DNA of 46,754 nucleotides from Candidatus Paceibacter sp. (GTDB lineage Bacteria; Patescibacteriota; Minisyncoccia; Phycocordibacterales; GCA-2747955): NCBI GenBank assembly GCA_014237915.1, contig JABACC010000012.1, positions 1 to 46,754 of the forward strand, read 5' to 3'. Shown piece by piece: positions 36,308 to 45,900 of this stretch (position 1 is its first letter; each line of letters starts with the position of its first letter). The notes under the pieces were generated by a model. It saw only the letters and a program-made list of their open reading frames with translations, ran no database searches and was not told where the DNA came from. The position numbers and the translations under genes were made by a program.

Positions 36308-38119
36308 ATGGCTTTATTTAATTTTAAAAAAAAAGAAGAAAATCAATTTAATCCAATACTACCTAAACAAATTTATGAGGCTGCGGTTTTGGATTTAAAA
36401 GATATTATCGCGCCGCACGCACTAGCCGTGAAACCAAAAGAGCTTGATCTGGGAGATAAACTAGCCAGAACTTTTTTTGTTATTTCTTACCCAAGATTTT
36501 TACAGGATAATTGGTTTTCTCCAATGATAAATTTAGATAAAGAATTTGATATTTCAATTTTTATAAATCCAGTTGATACAAAAGATGCTTTAAAAAAATT
36601 TCAAAGAAAAGTTGCTGAAATTCAAAGCCAGATAAGAGACAGAGAAAGTAAGGGCCTTGTAAGAGATCCTACTTTAGATTCTGCGTATTTAAACGTAGAA
36701 GCTCTGCGAGACAAACTTCAACAAGCAACAGAAAAACTTTTTTCAGTTGGTGTTTATATAACTATTTATGGAGATAATCAAAAAGATTTAGATAAAACAG
36801 AAACAGAAATAAAAACAATTTTAGAATCAAAACTAATCTATGTCAGACCAGCTGTTTTTCAACAAGAACAAGGTTTTAAATCTGTTTTACCTTTAAACCA
36901 AGACCACCTTCAAATTCACTCAAAATTAAATTCAGAACCTCTTTCTTCAATTTTTCCTTTTGTTTCTTTTAACCTAACCTCAGATAAAGGAATTTTACAC
37001 GGAATAAACAGACACAACTCTTCTCTTATTTTATTCGACAGATTTTCGATGCCAAATTACAACTCTGTTACTTTCGCTGCATCAGGATCAGGAAAATCTT
37101 ACGCTTTAAAATTAGAAATTTTAAGAACATTAATGTTTGATACAGAGGTAATTGTTATCGATCCAGAAAGAGAATACGAATATTTAGCAGAAGCAATGGG
37201 AGGGAGATATTTTAATATATCATTAACATCAAACCATCACATAAATCCTTTTGATCTCCCAGCTCCAGCAGAAGATGAATCCCGTTCAAACGTTTTACGC
37301 TCACACATTGTTTCTCTTGTTGGTTTTTTTAGGATTGTTTTCGGAGGAATAACACCAGAAGAAGACGCCACTATCGACAAAGCCATTACAGAAACTTACG
37401 CACTAAAAGATATTACACCAGAATCAAATTTTGAAAATATCGAGCCACCACTTTTATCAGATTTTGAGCTTGTTTTAGCGGGAATGGAAAATTCTTCAAG
37501 TTTGGTTTCTAAACTTTCAAAATATACAACAGGAACCTGGTCTGGTTTTATAAACAAACCTTCGAATGTTGATATCAACAAAAAAGTTGTTGTTTTTTCT
37601 ATAAGAGATATGGAGGATGAACTTAGGCCGGTTGCTATGTTTTTAATTACACAATTTATTTGGAATTCTGTTCGAAGAGAACTTAAAAAAAGACTTTTGG
37701 TTATAGACGAGGCTTGGACCATGATGAAATCAGAAGACGCAGCTTCTTTTTTATTTGGAATGGCAAAAAGAGGTAGAAAATATTATTTAGGTCTTGCCAC
37801 CATAACTCAAGATGTAAATGATTTTTTACACTCTCCATACGGAATACCAATTATTACAAACTCATCAATTCAGCTTCTTTTAAAACAATCACCAATCGCC
37901 ATAGATCAACTCCAAGAAGTTTTCAATCTCACAAATGAAGAAAAGTTTTTACTCTTAGAGTCAAATGTTGGAGAAGGAATTTTCTTTGCTGGAACAAAAC
38001 ATGTGGCTGTAAAAATAATTGCTTCATACACAGAAGATCAAATAATTTCTTCAGACCCTTCACAAATTTTAGCTTTGAAAAAAAACAAAGAAGATCTAGA
38101 ATCAGGATTTAGTGGTTAA
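36308..38119 (+). CDS. VirB4-like ATPase
   Basis: Walker A AASGSGKSY, VIDPEREY, INPFD, Walker B VIDEAW, RGRKY...TITQDV. Confidence 0.9.
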   Translation: MALFNFKKKEENQFNPILPKQIYEAAVLDLKDIIAPHALAVKPKELDLGDKLARTFFVISYPRFLQDNWFSPMINLDKEFDISIFINPVDTKDALKKFQRKVAEIQSQIRDRESKGLVRDPTLDSAYLNVEALRDKLQQATEKLFSVGVYITIYGDNQKDLDKTETEIKTILESKLIYVRPAVFQQEQGFKSVLPLNQDHLQIHSKLNSEPLSSIFPFVSFNLTSDKGILHGINRHNSSLILFDRFSMPNYNSVTFAASGSGKSYALKLEILRTLMFDTEVIVIDPEREYEYLAEAMGGRYFNISLTSNHHINPFDLPAPAEDESRSNVLRSHIVSLVGFFRIVFGGITPEEDATIDKAITETYALKDITPESNFENIEPPLLSDFELVLAGMENSSSLVSKLSKYTTGTWSGFINKPSNVDINKKVVVFSIRDMEDELRPVAMFLITQFIWNSVRRELKKRLLVIDEAWTMMKSEDAASFLFGMAKRGRKYYLGLATITQDVNDFLHSPYGIPIITNSSIQLLLKQSPIAIDQLQEVFNLTNEEKFLLLESNVGEGIFFAGTKHVAVKIIASYTEDQIISSDPSQILALKKNKEDLESGFSG

Positions 38120-38126
38120 TTTAAAA

Positions 38127-38159
38127 AAATAAAAAATCCGTAAAACGGATTTTTTATTT
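38127..38159. terminator. bidirectional terminator
   Basis: aaataaaaaatccg-taaaa-cggattttttattt; U-tracts on both strands. Confidence 0.85.
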
Positions 38160-38160
38160 A

Positions 38161-38273
38161 GATCACTCAATTTTTTCTAGGAATAAACCTAGGTGGGTTC
38201 TGTGCGGATTTTCCAAAAAAAATCACTAACTCTCAGATCCCTAAAAAATTTTTAGCTAGAAAATAAAGTGATC
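38161..38273 (-). ncRNA. candidate compact 6S-like structured RNA
   Basis: Ends pair (gatcactttattttctag / ctagaaaaaattgagtgatc); internal gggatctg/cagaaccc stem; TATAAT at 38285-38280 puts +1 at 38273; terminator directly downstream. Confidence 0.55.
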
Positions 38274-38357
38274 TTATTTATTATACATTTTTTTTAAATT
38301 TTTTAAATTTTTTAAAATTATTTTTATAAGAAATTTTATTGTATAATTTTTACTAAG

Positions 38358-39095
38358 ATGTTTTTTAAAAAAATATTATTTTTAGTTATTTGTCTGCCGT
38401 TTTTTTTGTCTGCCGAAATGTCTAGTACAAATTACTCTATATCAAAAGACTTACTTAATTTTTTAGGAAATGAATCTTCTTCTGCAAATTATATTTTTTT
38501 AGATTCTGCTGGAGAAGTTTCTTCATCGGAAAATTCGAGCAATTCTTATTTTGTACAATCAGGGTTTTTACAAAAAGATGATTATGAAATAGGATTTTCT
38601 TGTGAAGATAAAAATATTTCATTATCCTCAATAAATTTAAATGGAAAAGCCAGCCTTAGTTACGGCTTTAATGATATAGAATGTAATATTTTTACAAACA
38701 GTCCATCAGGATATGTTTTTTCAGTAGCTTCATCTTCTGAAAATTTAATAAATATTCAAAATAACTCTTTTTTGATTAATCCAATTCCAAACATTGCTCC
38801 TGATTATTGGCCAAATTCTTTAACAGGAGGAACAGGTTGGGGAATTCACCTCGGAACAGAATCTGAAAATTTTGATTCAGCTACTTGGGGAAACTCTAAT
38901 GATTATGAAAGCTCAGGAGGTAAGTGGGTAAAAATAGGCCCAGATGGATTTAATGTTTCTAACAGAAATGCTTACACAGACAACAATGGAGATGACCAAA
39001 AAATTTATTTTGGGGCAGAAGTTGATGAAAATACCGTTGTAGGCTCAGGAGAATATACCACAAATATTTTTTTCACAATAATGCCAGCTTTTTAA
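38358..39095 (+). CDS. exported WxL-like surface protein
   Basis: Signal peptide, SSTNYSI..D, ISLSSI, TNSPSGYVFSV, C-terminal SGEYTTNIFFTI. Confidence 0.6.
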   Translation: MFFKKILFLVICLPFFLSAEMSSTNYSISKDLLNFLGNESSSANYIFLDSAGEVSSSENSSNSYFVQSGFLQKDDYEIGFSCEDKNISLSSINLNGKASLSYGFNDIECNIFTNSPSGYVFSVASSSENLINIQNNSFLINPIPNIAPDYWPNSLTGGTGWGIHLGTESENFDSATWGNSNDYESSGGKWVKIGPDGFNVSNRNAYTDNNGDDQKIYFGAEVDENTVVGSGEYTTNIFFTIMPAF

Positions 39096-39217
39096 TTTTT
39101 CTATGATATAATTAAACCATAGTCTTTTGTATATTTTACAAAAATGTTCTTTATCGTTTTTTATTGTATAATAAAGGCACAAAATTAAAATTATTATAAA
39201 TTAAATTAATTTTATAT

Positions 39218-40474
39218 ATGAAAAAAGTTTTAAATAAGATAAGTGCTTTAGTTGTTCTTTTAGCACTTTTACTTTTTACCGGAAATGTTTTTGCCATTGA
39301 TGATTTTTCAGGTAATACAAATCTATCTGTGGCAATTGACACAGAAAAAGTTACAACACTTTCTGCAGATATCACCGCAGTAGCCACAAGTATAGATGTT
39401 GTTGATGGCTCGGCACTTGTGGTAGGACTTGCACTAATAGAAGATGAAATTGTAGATATTACAAACATAACAGTAAACAATCTTACTGTCACAAGAGGAG
39501 AAACACATTCCGCAGCAGGATCGGTTGCAACAACGGCTTCTCTACATACCGCAGAAACAGAAATTAGAAACATTAATCAGGACTTAATAGTTTCTTTTAC
39601 CCCTACTACAGATTTAATTTTAGCAGATGAAATAATAGTTTCAGTTCCAGATATTTTTGGAAGTATTGGAACAATTGAAGACACTGGAGCCTTACAATCT
39701 CTAGGACCTGTTGATTATACTTATACTGATACCCAATCAGGAAGAGACCATATCGTTGAATTAACACAGGCAGGAGGAGTAGGAGTTGAATACGAGCTAT
39801 CTATAGACTCAGTTGAACTTCCAGAACTTGAAGGTCAATATTCAATTTCACTAGAAGTTAGAGATTCAGATGGAAATTTATTAGAAATAGGATCAGCTGT
39901 TTTAAGTTGGGCAAATAATGTTTTAGTTACAGTCTTTGTCCAACCAGCTCTTTTAATGAGCCTTGATAAAACTAGTATTGATATAACAGCAAATCCATCT
40001 GTTAATTCAGGGGAAGACTTTTCTCAGTATTCAATAATAGATGTAGCAACTAACGCAAATTCTGGATACATAATCCAAGCCTCTCTTGACGGAACAGAGG
40101 TTGCAGCTGCTCAACTTGACGGAGCAGGCACAACAGGAATTATCGCTTCTGGAGACGCCCTAGCTGCCGAAAACGTTTTTGGATACATTGCATATAATGG
40201 CGATGGCTCTGATGCTGATGGAGTTAATTTAACAACAAATGCTACTGCAGCAGATCCTTCCACAGAAACAAACGAAGGTGCCCAATCTTTTGCAAACGCT
40301 GCAGCAACTTTAGTTTCTAGTGACACTTCTGATACAGACATAGGAACCCTTGGTTTTTCATCTTTAACAAACCAAGCTCTTCACACAATCTTCTATATGT
40401 TAAATGTAGACTTTACAATTCCATCAGATCAATATGAAGGAATACTAACTTATACAGCTGTTCCTTCTTTTTAA
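39218..40474 (+). CDS. exported acidic surface protein with C-terminal WxL-like domain
   Basis: Signal peptide, V.V.VQPALLMSL, VATNANSGYII, QYEGILTYTAVPSF. Confidence 0.65.
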   Translation: MKKVLNKISALVVLLALLLFTGNVFAIDDFSGNTNLSVAIDTEKVTTLSADITAVATSIDVVDGSALVVGLALIEDEIVDITNITVNNLTVTRGETHSAAGSVATTASLHTAETEIRNINQDLIVSFTPTTDLILADEIIVSVPDIFGSIGTIEDTGALQSLGPVDYTYTDTQSGRDHIVELTQAGGVGVEYELSIDSVELPELEGQYSISLEVRDSDGNLLEIGSAVLSWANNVLVTVFVQPALLMSLDKTSIDITANPSVNSGEDFSQYSIIDVATNANSGYIIQASLDGTEVAAAQLDGAGTTGIIASGDALAAENVFGYIAYNGDGSDADGVNLTTNATAADPSTETNEGAQSFANAAATLVSSDTSDTDIGTLGFSSLTNQALHTIFYMLNVDFTIPSDQYEGILTYTAVPSF

Positions 40475-40490
40475 AGAATTAGTTTATTGA

Positions 40491-40513
40491 TATTGCCTCT
40501 TTTTGAGGTAATA
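40491..40513 (+). terminator. intra-operon hairpin after the WxL-like gene
   Basis: tattgcctc-ttttt-gaggtaata (one G-T pair). Confidence 0.45.
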
Positions 40514-40539
40514 ATTAGTAATTTAATATTAAAATTATT

Positions 40540-41850
40540 ATGATAAGAAAAAATTTAAAAAAACTATTATTAATATTTTTTATATCTTTTTTGTTTTTTG
40601 AAATATCTTTCGGTGTTTCAGGAGCAGGAGTTAGGCCACTCCGAACAAATTTAGAAATTTCTCCAGGAGAGACAAAAAGTTTTGGACTGACAATAATTAA
40701 TAACGAAAATTATAATCAAGTAATGGAGGCAGAATTTCAAACTTATGTTTCTCATGACGAAAACGGATATCCAGTTGCAGAAAACATAGAAGAAGACGAT
40801 TTTCGAAATATTTCTTCTTGGATTTCTTTTGAAGAAAAAAGAATTTCTTTGGGGCCAAACGAGGAAAAAAATGTAAAAGTTAGTGTTTCTGTTCCAGAAA
40901 ACGCTGTTCCGGGTGGAAAATATGGAGCTTTAATTTACGGCCCTGTGTTAGCAGAAAGTTCAGGTGTTTCTTTTAGAGCAAGAGTCGCGTCACTACTACT
41001 TGTTCAAGTTTCAGGAGAGGAGATTTATGATGGAGAAGTTAACTATTTTAAAATAAAAGAAGAAAAAATTTATTCAGACCAAGGAGTTGTTTTTGATATA
41101 AATTTTAAAAATGAAGGAAACATACATGTAAGCCCAAAAGGAAGTGTCGCTCTTTTAAAAGAGGGAAATAAAATTTTAAATATTTTTTCTTTTTTAGATA
41201 AAGATGGAAAAAAACTTACACTAGACGAAATTCCTGTAAACAGAAATTTAAACTTTGTTTTACCAAAAATTGAAAGATCTTTTAATCCAAGCTGGACTGA
41301 AAATATAAACGAAGGAGAATTTGAGGCAACATTAAATTTTATTTTTAAAAAAGGTGGTGAATTTATAAAAGAAGAGGAAAAAATAGTTTTTGAAATAGAT
41401 GACTCTTTAGAAACTGAATCATTTGAAATAAAAGAGGAGGAGGAAAAAACCATCTTTGTTTTAAGTATTAAAAATAATGGAAATATTTATCAAAAAATAA
41501 GTGGAAACATAGATGTTTTGAATGAATTTGATTTTAAAGTTGCTGAAGTTTTAATTCCAGAAAATATTGAATATATAAAACCAGAAGAAACAAAAGAATT
41601 TAGATTAGATTTTTTAGATTCAAAGCTTCCTGATGGAAAATATTCAGTTAATTCAAATGTAACTTATGGACTTACAGATAAAATATTAGAAATAGAAAGC
41701 TCTTTTGGATTTTCCGGCCCGTCTTATCTTTTAATTTTTTCTATAATTTTATTAATTATTATTTTAGTCTTTATTGTTTATATATGGAAAGAGAGAAAGA
41801 AAAACAAAATAAAAAAAGATTTGTTAAGAAAAGATATTTTAAAAAAATAA
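40540..41850 (+). CDS. DUF916/WxL-interacting-like protein with C-terminal TM
   Basis: GVRPLR..LEISPGET, WISF, LGPNEEK.V.VSVSVPENAVPGGKYG, NEGNIHV.P.G; C-terminal TM. Confidence 0.7.
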   Translation: MIRKNLKKLLLIFFISFLFFEISFGVSGAGVRPLRTNLEISPGETKSFGLTIINNENYNQVMEAEFQTYVSHDENGYPVAENIEEDDFRNISSWISFEEKRISLGPNEEKNVKVSVSVPENAVPGGKYGALIYGPVLAESSGVSFRARVASLLLVQVSGEEIYDGEVNYFKIKEEKIYSDQGVVFDINFKNEGNIHVSPKGSVALLKEGNKILNIFSFLDKDGKKLTLDEIPVNRNLNFVLPKIERSFNPSWTENINEGEFEATLNFIFKKGGEFIKEEEKIVFEIDDSLETESFEIKEEEEKTIFVLSIKNNGNIYQKISGNIDVLNEFDFKVAEVLIPENIEYIKPEETKEFRLDFLDSKLPDGKYSVNSNVTYGLTDKILEIESSFGFSGPSYLLIFSIILLIIILVFIVYIWKERKKNKIKKDLLRKDILKK

Positions 41851-42944
41851 TTTTAACTGAAAAAAAAATATTTTTTTCTTTGATTTTTTTAATATTATTT
41901 TTTTTACAATCTCAATCTTTTGCAAATACTGAAGATTCTAGTGTGAATGTTTTAATAACAAACCCGCTTGACGATACAACAACACCGACCACAAGAAGTG
42001 GAGGTGGTAGTAAAAATCATGGAACCTCTTCATCTATAATAAATTCTTTTTTAAATAAAGACGGTGATGAAGAAAATATTCTTGAAGAAGATAGCGATAC
42101 AGGACTAGTTGAGGATATAAATTTTCAGGCAGAAGATAAAGAGCAATATATAATAAAAAAAGAAACTAGTTTTGAAAATCAAAACCCAGAGAGTGTTAAA
42201 GAGGATAAAAAAAACAATAATGAAGAAATTATCTCAAAGTATAAAAAAAATCCTCTTTTGGTAGAAATTAATTTTCCAAAACAAGATTTTTATTTAAATG
42301 GTTTTTTGGATTTAGAAATCATTTTTAAAAAAAATAATTCTTTAGAAAATTTCCCCCTAGAATCAATTTTAAAAGGATTTTTAGTAATTAAAGATTTAGA
42401 AAATAAAGTTATTTCAACTCGGCATTTTTATAATTCAGAAGAAAAAATTGATTTTTTAGAAATTAAAAAAAATACTGAAATAAAAAAGAGAGAGTTGAAA
42501 AATCTGTTTTTTCTTCCCGAAAAAACAGGGAATTATACAGCAGAAATTAGAATTATTTTAGCAACTGATTTTTTAGAAATAGATAAAAAACTTGAAGATT
42601 CTTATCAAGTAGAAATTAATTCTAATGTTTTAAGTTTTACAGTAAAAGAAAAAACTAATTTTTTTCAAAAATTAAGCAGTCAAGAAAAAATTATTTTAAT
42701 TTTTTCTTCAGCAATATTATTTTTTAGTGGAGGTTTTTGGTTTTTTATTTTTTATGAAAAAAATAAATTAATTTTAACTATTACTAAATTTTCAACACAA
42801 GCTCCGGAGCTAATATCGTTATTAAAAAACAGAGACACAGAAACTTTGGTTTTACTTGAGGAATATGTTAAAAATAACTATAAAGAGGGCGTTGAAAAAT
42901 CAAAAATTTTAAGCGCTTTAAATAAATTTTTTCTTAAAAAATAA
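41784..42944 (+). CDS. hypothetical exported/membrane protein (start uncertain)
   Basis: Signal-like segment from about 41847, Thr/Gly linker, TM near the C-terminus; ATG 41784 overlaps the upstream gene by 67 nt. Confidence 0.6.
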   Translation: MEREKEKQNKKRFVKKRYFKKIILTEKKIFFSLIFLILFFLQSQSFANTEDSSVNVLITNPLDDTTTPTTRSGGGSKNHGTSSSIINSFLNKDGDEENILEEDSDTGLVEDINFQAEDKEQYIIKKETSFENQNPESVKEDKKNNNEEIISKYKKNPLLVEINFPKQDFYLNGFLDLEIIFKKNNSLENFPLESILKGFLVIKDLENKVISTRHFYNSEEKIDFLEIKKNTEIKKRELKNLFFLPEKTGNYTAEIRIILATDFLEIDKKLEDSYQVEINSNVLSFTVKEKTNFFQKLSSQEKIILIFSSAILFFSGGFWFFIFYEKNKLILTITKFSTQAPELISLLKNRDTETLVLLEEYVKNNYKEGVEKSKILSALNKFFLKK

Positions 42945-42945
42945 T

Positions 42946-45900
42946 ATGAAACTAATTCTTTTAAAAAAAATAAAAAATATAAAATTAATTTTTACAATTT
43001 TATTATTTTCTTTTATTTTATTTTCTTATTCTCAAACTTTTGCTATAACAGAAAAAATAAACTATCAAGGAAAACTTTATGATAATAATGGAAATGTTAT
43101 TCCAGACGATAATTATAATTTTAAATTTAAACTTTGTACCACACTTTCAGGTAATGTTTGCTCAGACAACTTATGGGAAGAAGAACATATTGAAGTAAAC
43201 AGAATTCCCACAAGTAATGGACTTTTTTCTGTTTTACTTGGAGAGACAACCTCACTTTCTGCCATTGATTTTAATCAAACACTATATTTAGAAATTAATA
43301 TTGGAGGATCAGCCGATACGGTCACACCAACATATGAAACATTATCTCCAGCAAAAGAACTAGGATCCGTACCAACATCTTTTTATTCAAAAGAGACCGA
43401 GGATTCAAATACTCTAGACGGAATAGACTCATCATCTTTTTTAAGATCAGATATAGCAGATACCTTGGAAGTTACAGACAATTCAAATTCAGCGTTAACC
43501 ATAACCCAACTTGGTTCTGCAAACTCTTTTCAGGTAAACGATGAATCTTCAGACACGACACCTTTCGTAGTTGATGAGTTAGGAAATGTTGGGATTGGGG
43601 TTTTAGATCCTTCTTCTAAATTAGAAGTTGATGGAAATATAAAATTATCAGGGCATTTAAATATTAACGATGAGTATATTATTCCAAATAGTGCAGGGAC
43701 AGATGGACAAGTTTTAATATTCCCTTCATCAGGAACATCCTTAGTTTGGGCTGACATAAGCTCTGGATTAGGAGCAATAAACTATATTGGTGATTCTTAT
43801 ATCGGAACAACATCTAGTTTGGGAGGGGCTGGACTAACAAGTGCCCCCAAGAGTATTTTAATAGGAGACGACGCAGGATATTCGGCAAACACAGGCCTCA
43901 TAGAGGAAAGTATTTTAATAGGGGATAGTTCTGGTTACGGTTTAGATGCAGGTCTTAGAAATATTTTTTTAGGAAATAATGCTGGATATAATCTTTATGG
44001 TGGAACTTATAATATGTTTTTGGGTTATAACGCAGGAAACCCGACAGGTTTAATAGAAGCAGATTACAACACTATAATAGGTCATGAGTCAGGAACTAGT
44101 GTAGGAGAAAGTTTATCAGGAGAAAATAATCTTTTTGTGGGATACGATATAGATCCTGATGGCACGAATATTACTTGGGCTGGCAGCAATCAAATAAACA
44201 TCGGAGATACTTTTTTAAAATATGCAAATGGCCAAATAAGCATAGCAGGAGCAACAGCAATTAACGATGCGTATGTTCTACCATCAACAGCAGGAACTGA
44301 TGGACAAGTTTTATCTTATCCGTCTTCTGGAAATTCTCTTGAGTGGACAGATCCTTTTGCTGGAGCAGGTTTTTTACCACTTACCGGAGGAGACATGACA
44401 GGAAATATTTTTATGGGAAATGTTGATTCTGGAATATTCGGGTATTATTTTGCAAACTTACTTGGAGATAATTTAGGAGGTATTAGTTATGATATCGGCA
44501 ATGATCTTTTAAATATTACAAAAGAAGGCTCTAATTCATCTATTTCTCTCGGGAGTAGTTCAGTAAATATTTCGGCAACCAACGGAATGAAAATTTTCTC
44601 AACAAATAATACCCTTGTTTTAGATTTAGAAAATGAATTTGATGGATATGAAACCATGATACATGTTGCAGGGTCAACTCCAGAAGGTGTTATTACTGAA
44701 TCGGGAGGATCTTTATTTTTTGAAACAAACGGAGCAGACTCAAATCTTTATTTAAAAAAAAGCGCCACCGTTTCTAATACAGGTTGGGAAAAAATAGCCT
44801 TAGAAACAGATTTAAATAATTACATTGAACTAGCCACCACTGGAGCATTAAACCAAACAGTTTCAGGAGCTTTTGATTTAGATATTGGAGGACAGAGCCA
44901 AATAGCATCTGGAGGACAGATGATTTTTAAAGGAGTCGGAACTTCAATAACAGGAGGACTTAGCTTAAGTAGGCTAACGGGGTCTGGTGATAACGGTCCA
45001 GTTTTAGAAATAATAGACGAAACTACAAACGGAGGCAGATCAGACTTTCACATATCAACTATTGACCCAGAAGGTTCAGTAAACGGAGTTTTAGGCTCTC
45101 TTTTGGTATATAAACCAGTAGCTGGAACACCAACACTATATTTAAAAGAAAGTGATGATGGAGGAAATACTGGGTGGGTTGATTTAAACTCAGGTTTTGA
45201 CACCAGTGCAAACTATGACACAACAGGAAACTGGGATAACGATGGAAACTGGATTTTCAATGGAGATTTTACTTTAAATAATAATATGGCAATCTACAGA
45301 GGAGATAAAACACCCCTTGAAGCTTTTCCGAACAGCAATGCTGCACTACATATTTTTGGAACTAATGGTTCAGGAAATCAAGCTAATCATTATTTAGAAA
45401 CACAATCAGATGTTGCAGGAGCACACTCTATTTTTAACTTTAGAAAAAGTAGAGACACGGGAGGAGATTTATTAGATGGAGACGATGTTGGTTCAATATT
45501 ATTTCAAGCTTATAATGGTGGATCAGGAGGTTTTGGAAACGCAGGAAGAATTATCGGAGGAATGGCAGGAAATGCCACAACCTCAAGTATTCCAATGGAT
45601 TTAAAGTTTCAATTAGCAGGAGAAACTACAACTTTAACTGATAGAATGGTTTTAAATGGTTTAGGGGGGGTTACATTTAGTAAGATAGACAGCTCATCTT
45701 CTCCGTTGAGAATTACAAACGGAACAGCTAACCTTGATATGCATTTTGATACCTCAAGTGATAGTTTTACTTTCGGGGTAGATTATGCAAATTCTCCCGC
45801 AATACAAATAGTAGATGCAGATATAACAGAATATAACGGAATATTGACACTTGATAACGATGCGGTAGAACCGCAAGTTATTTTGAATGGTGACTTGGTT

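Noticed and set aside
17205-38119. Integrative conjugative element
   Set aside because: The VirD4- and VirB4-like genes are 17 kb apart, separated by housekeeping genes; no relaxase, integrase or att repeats were seen.
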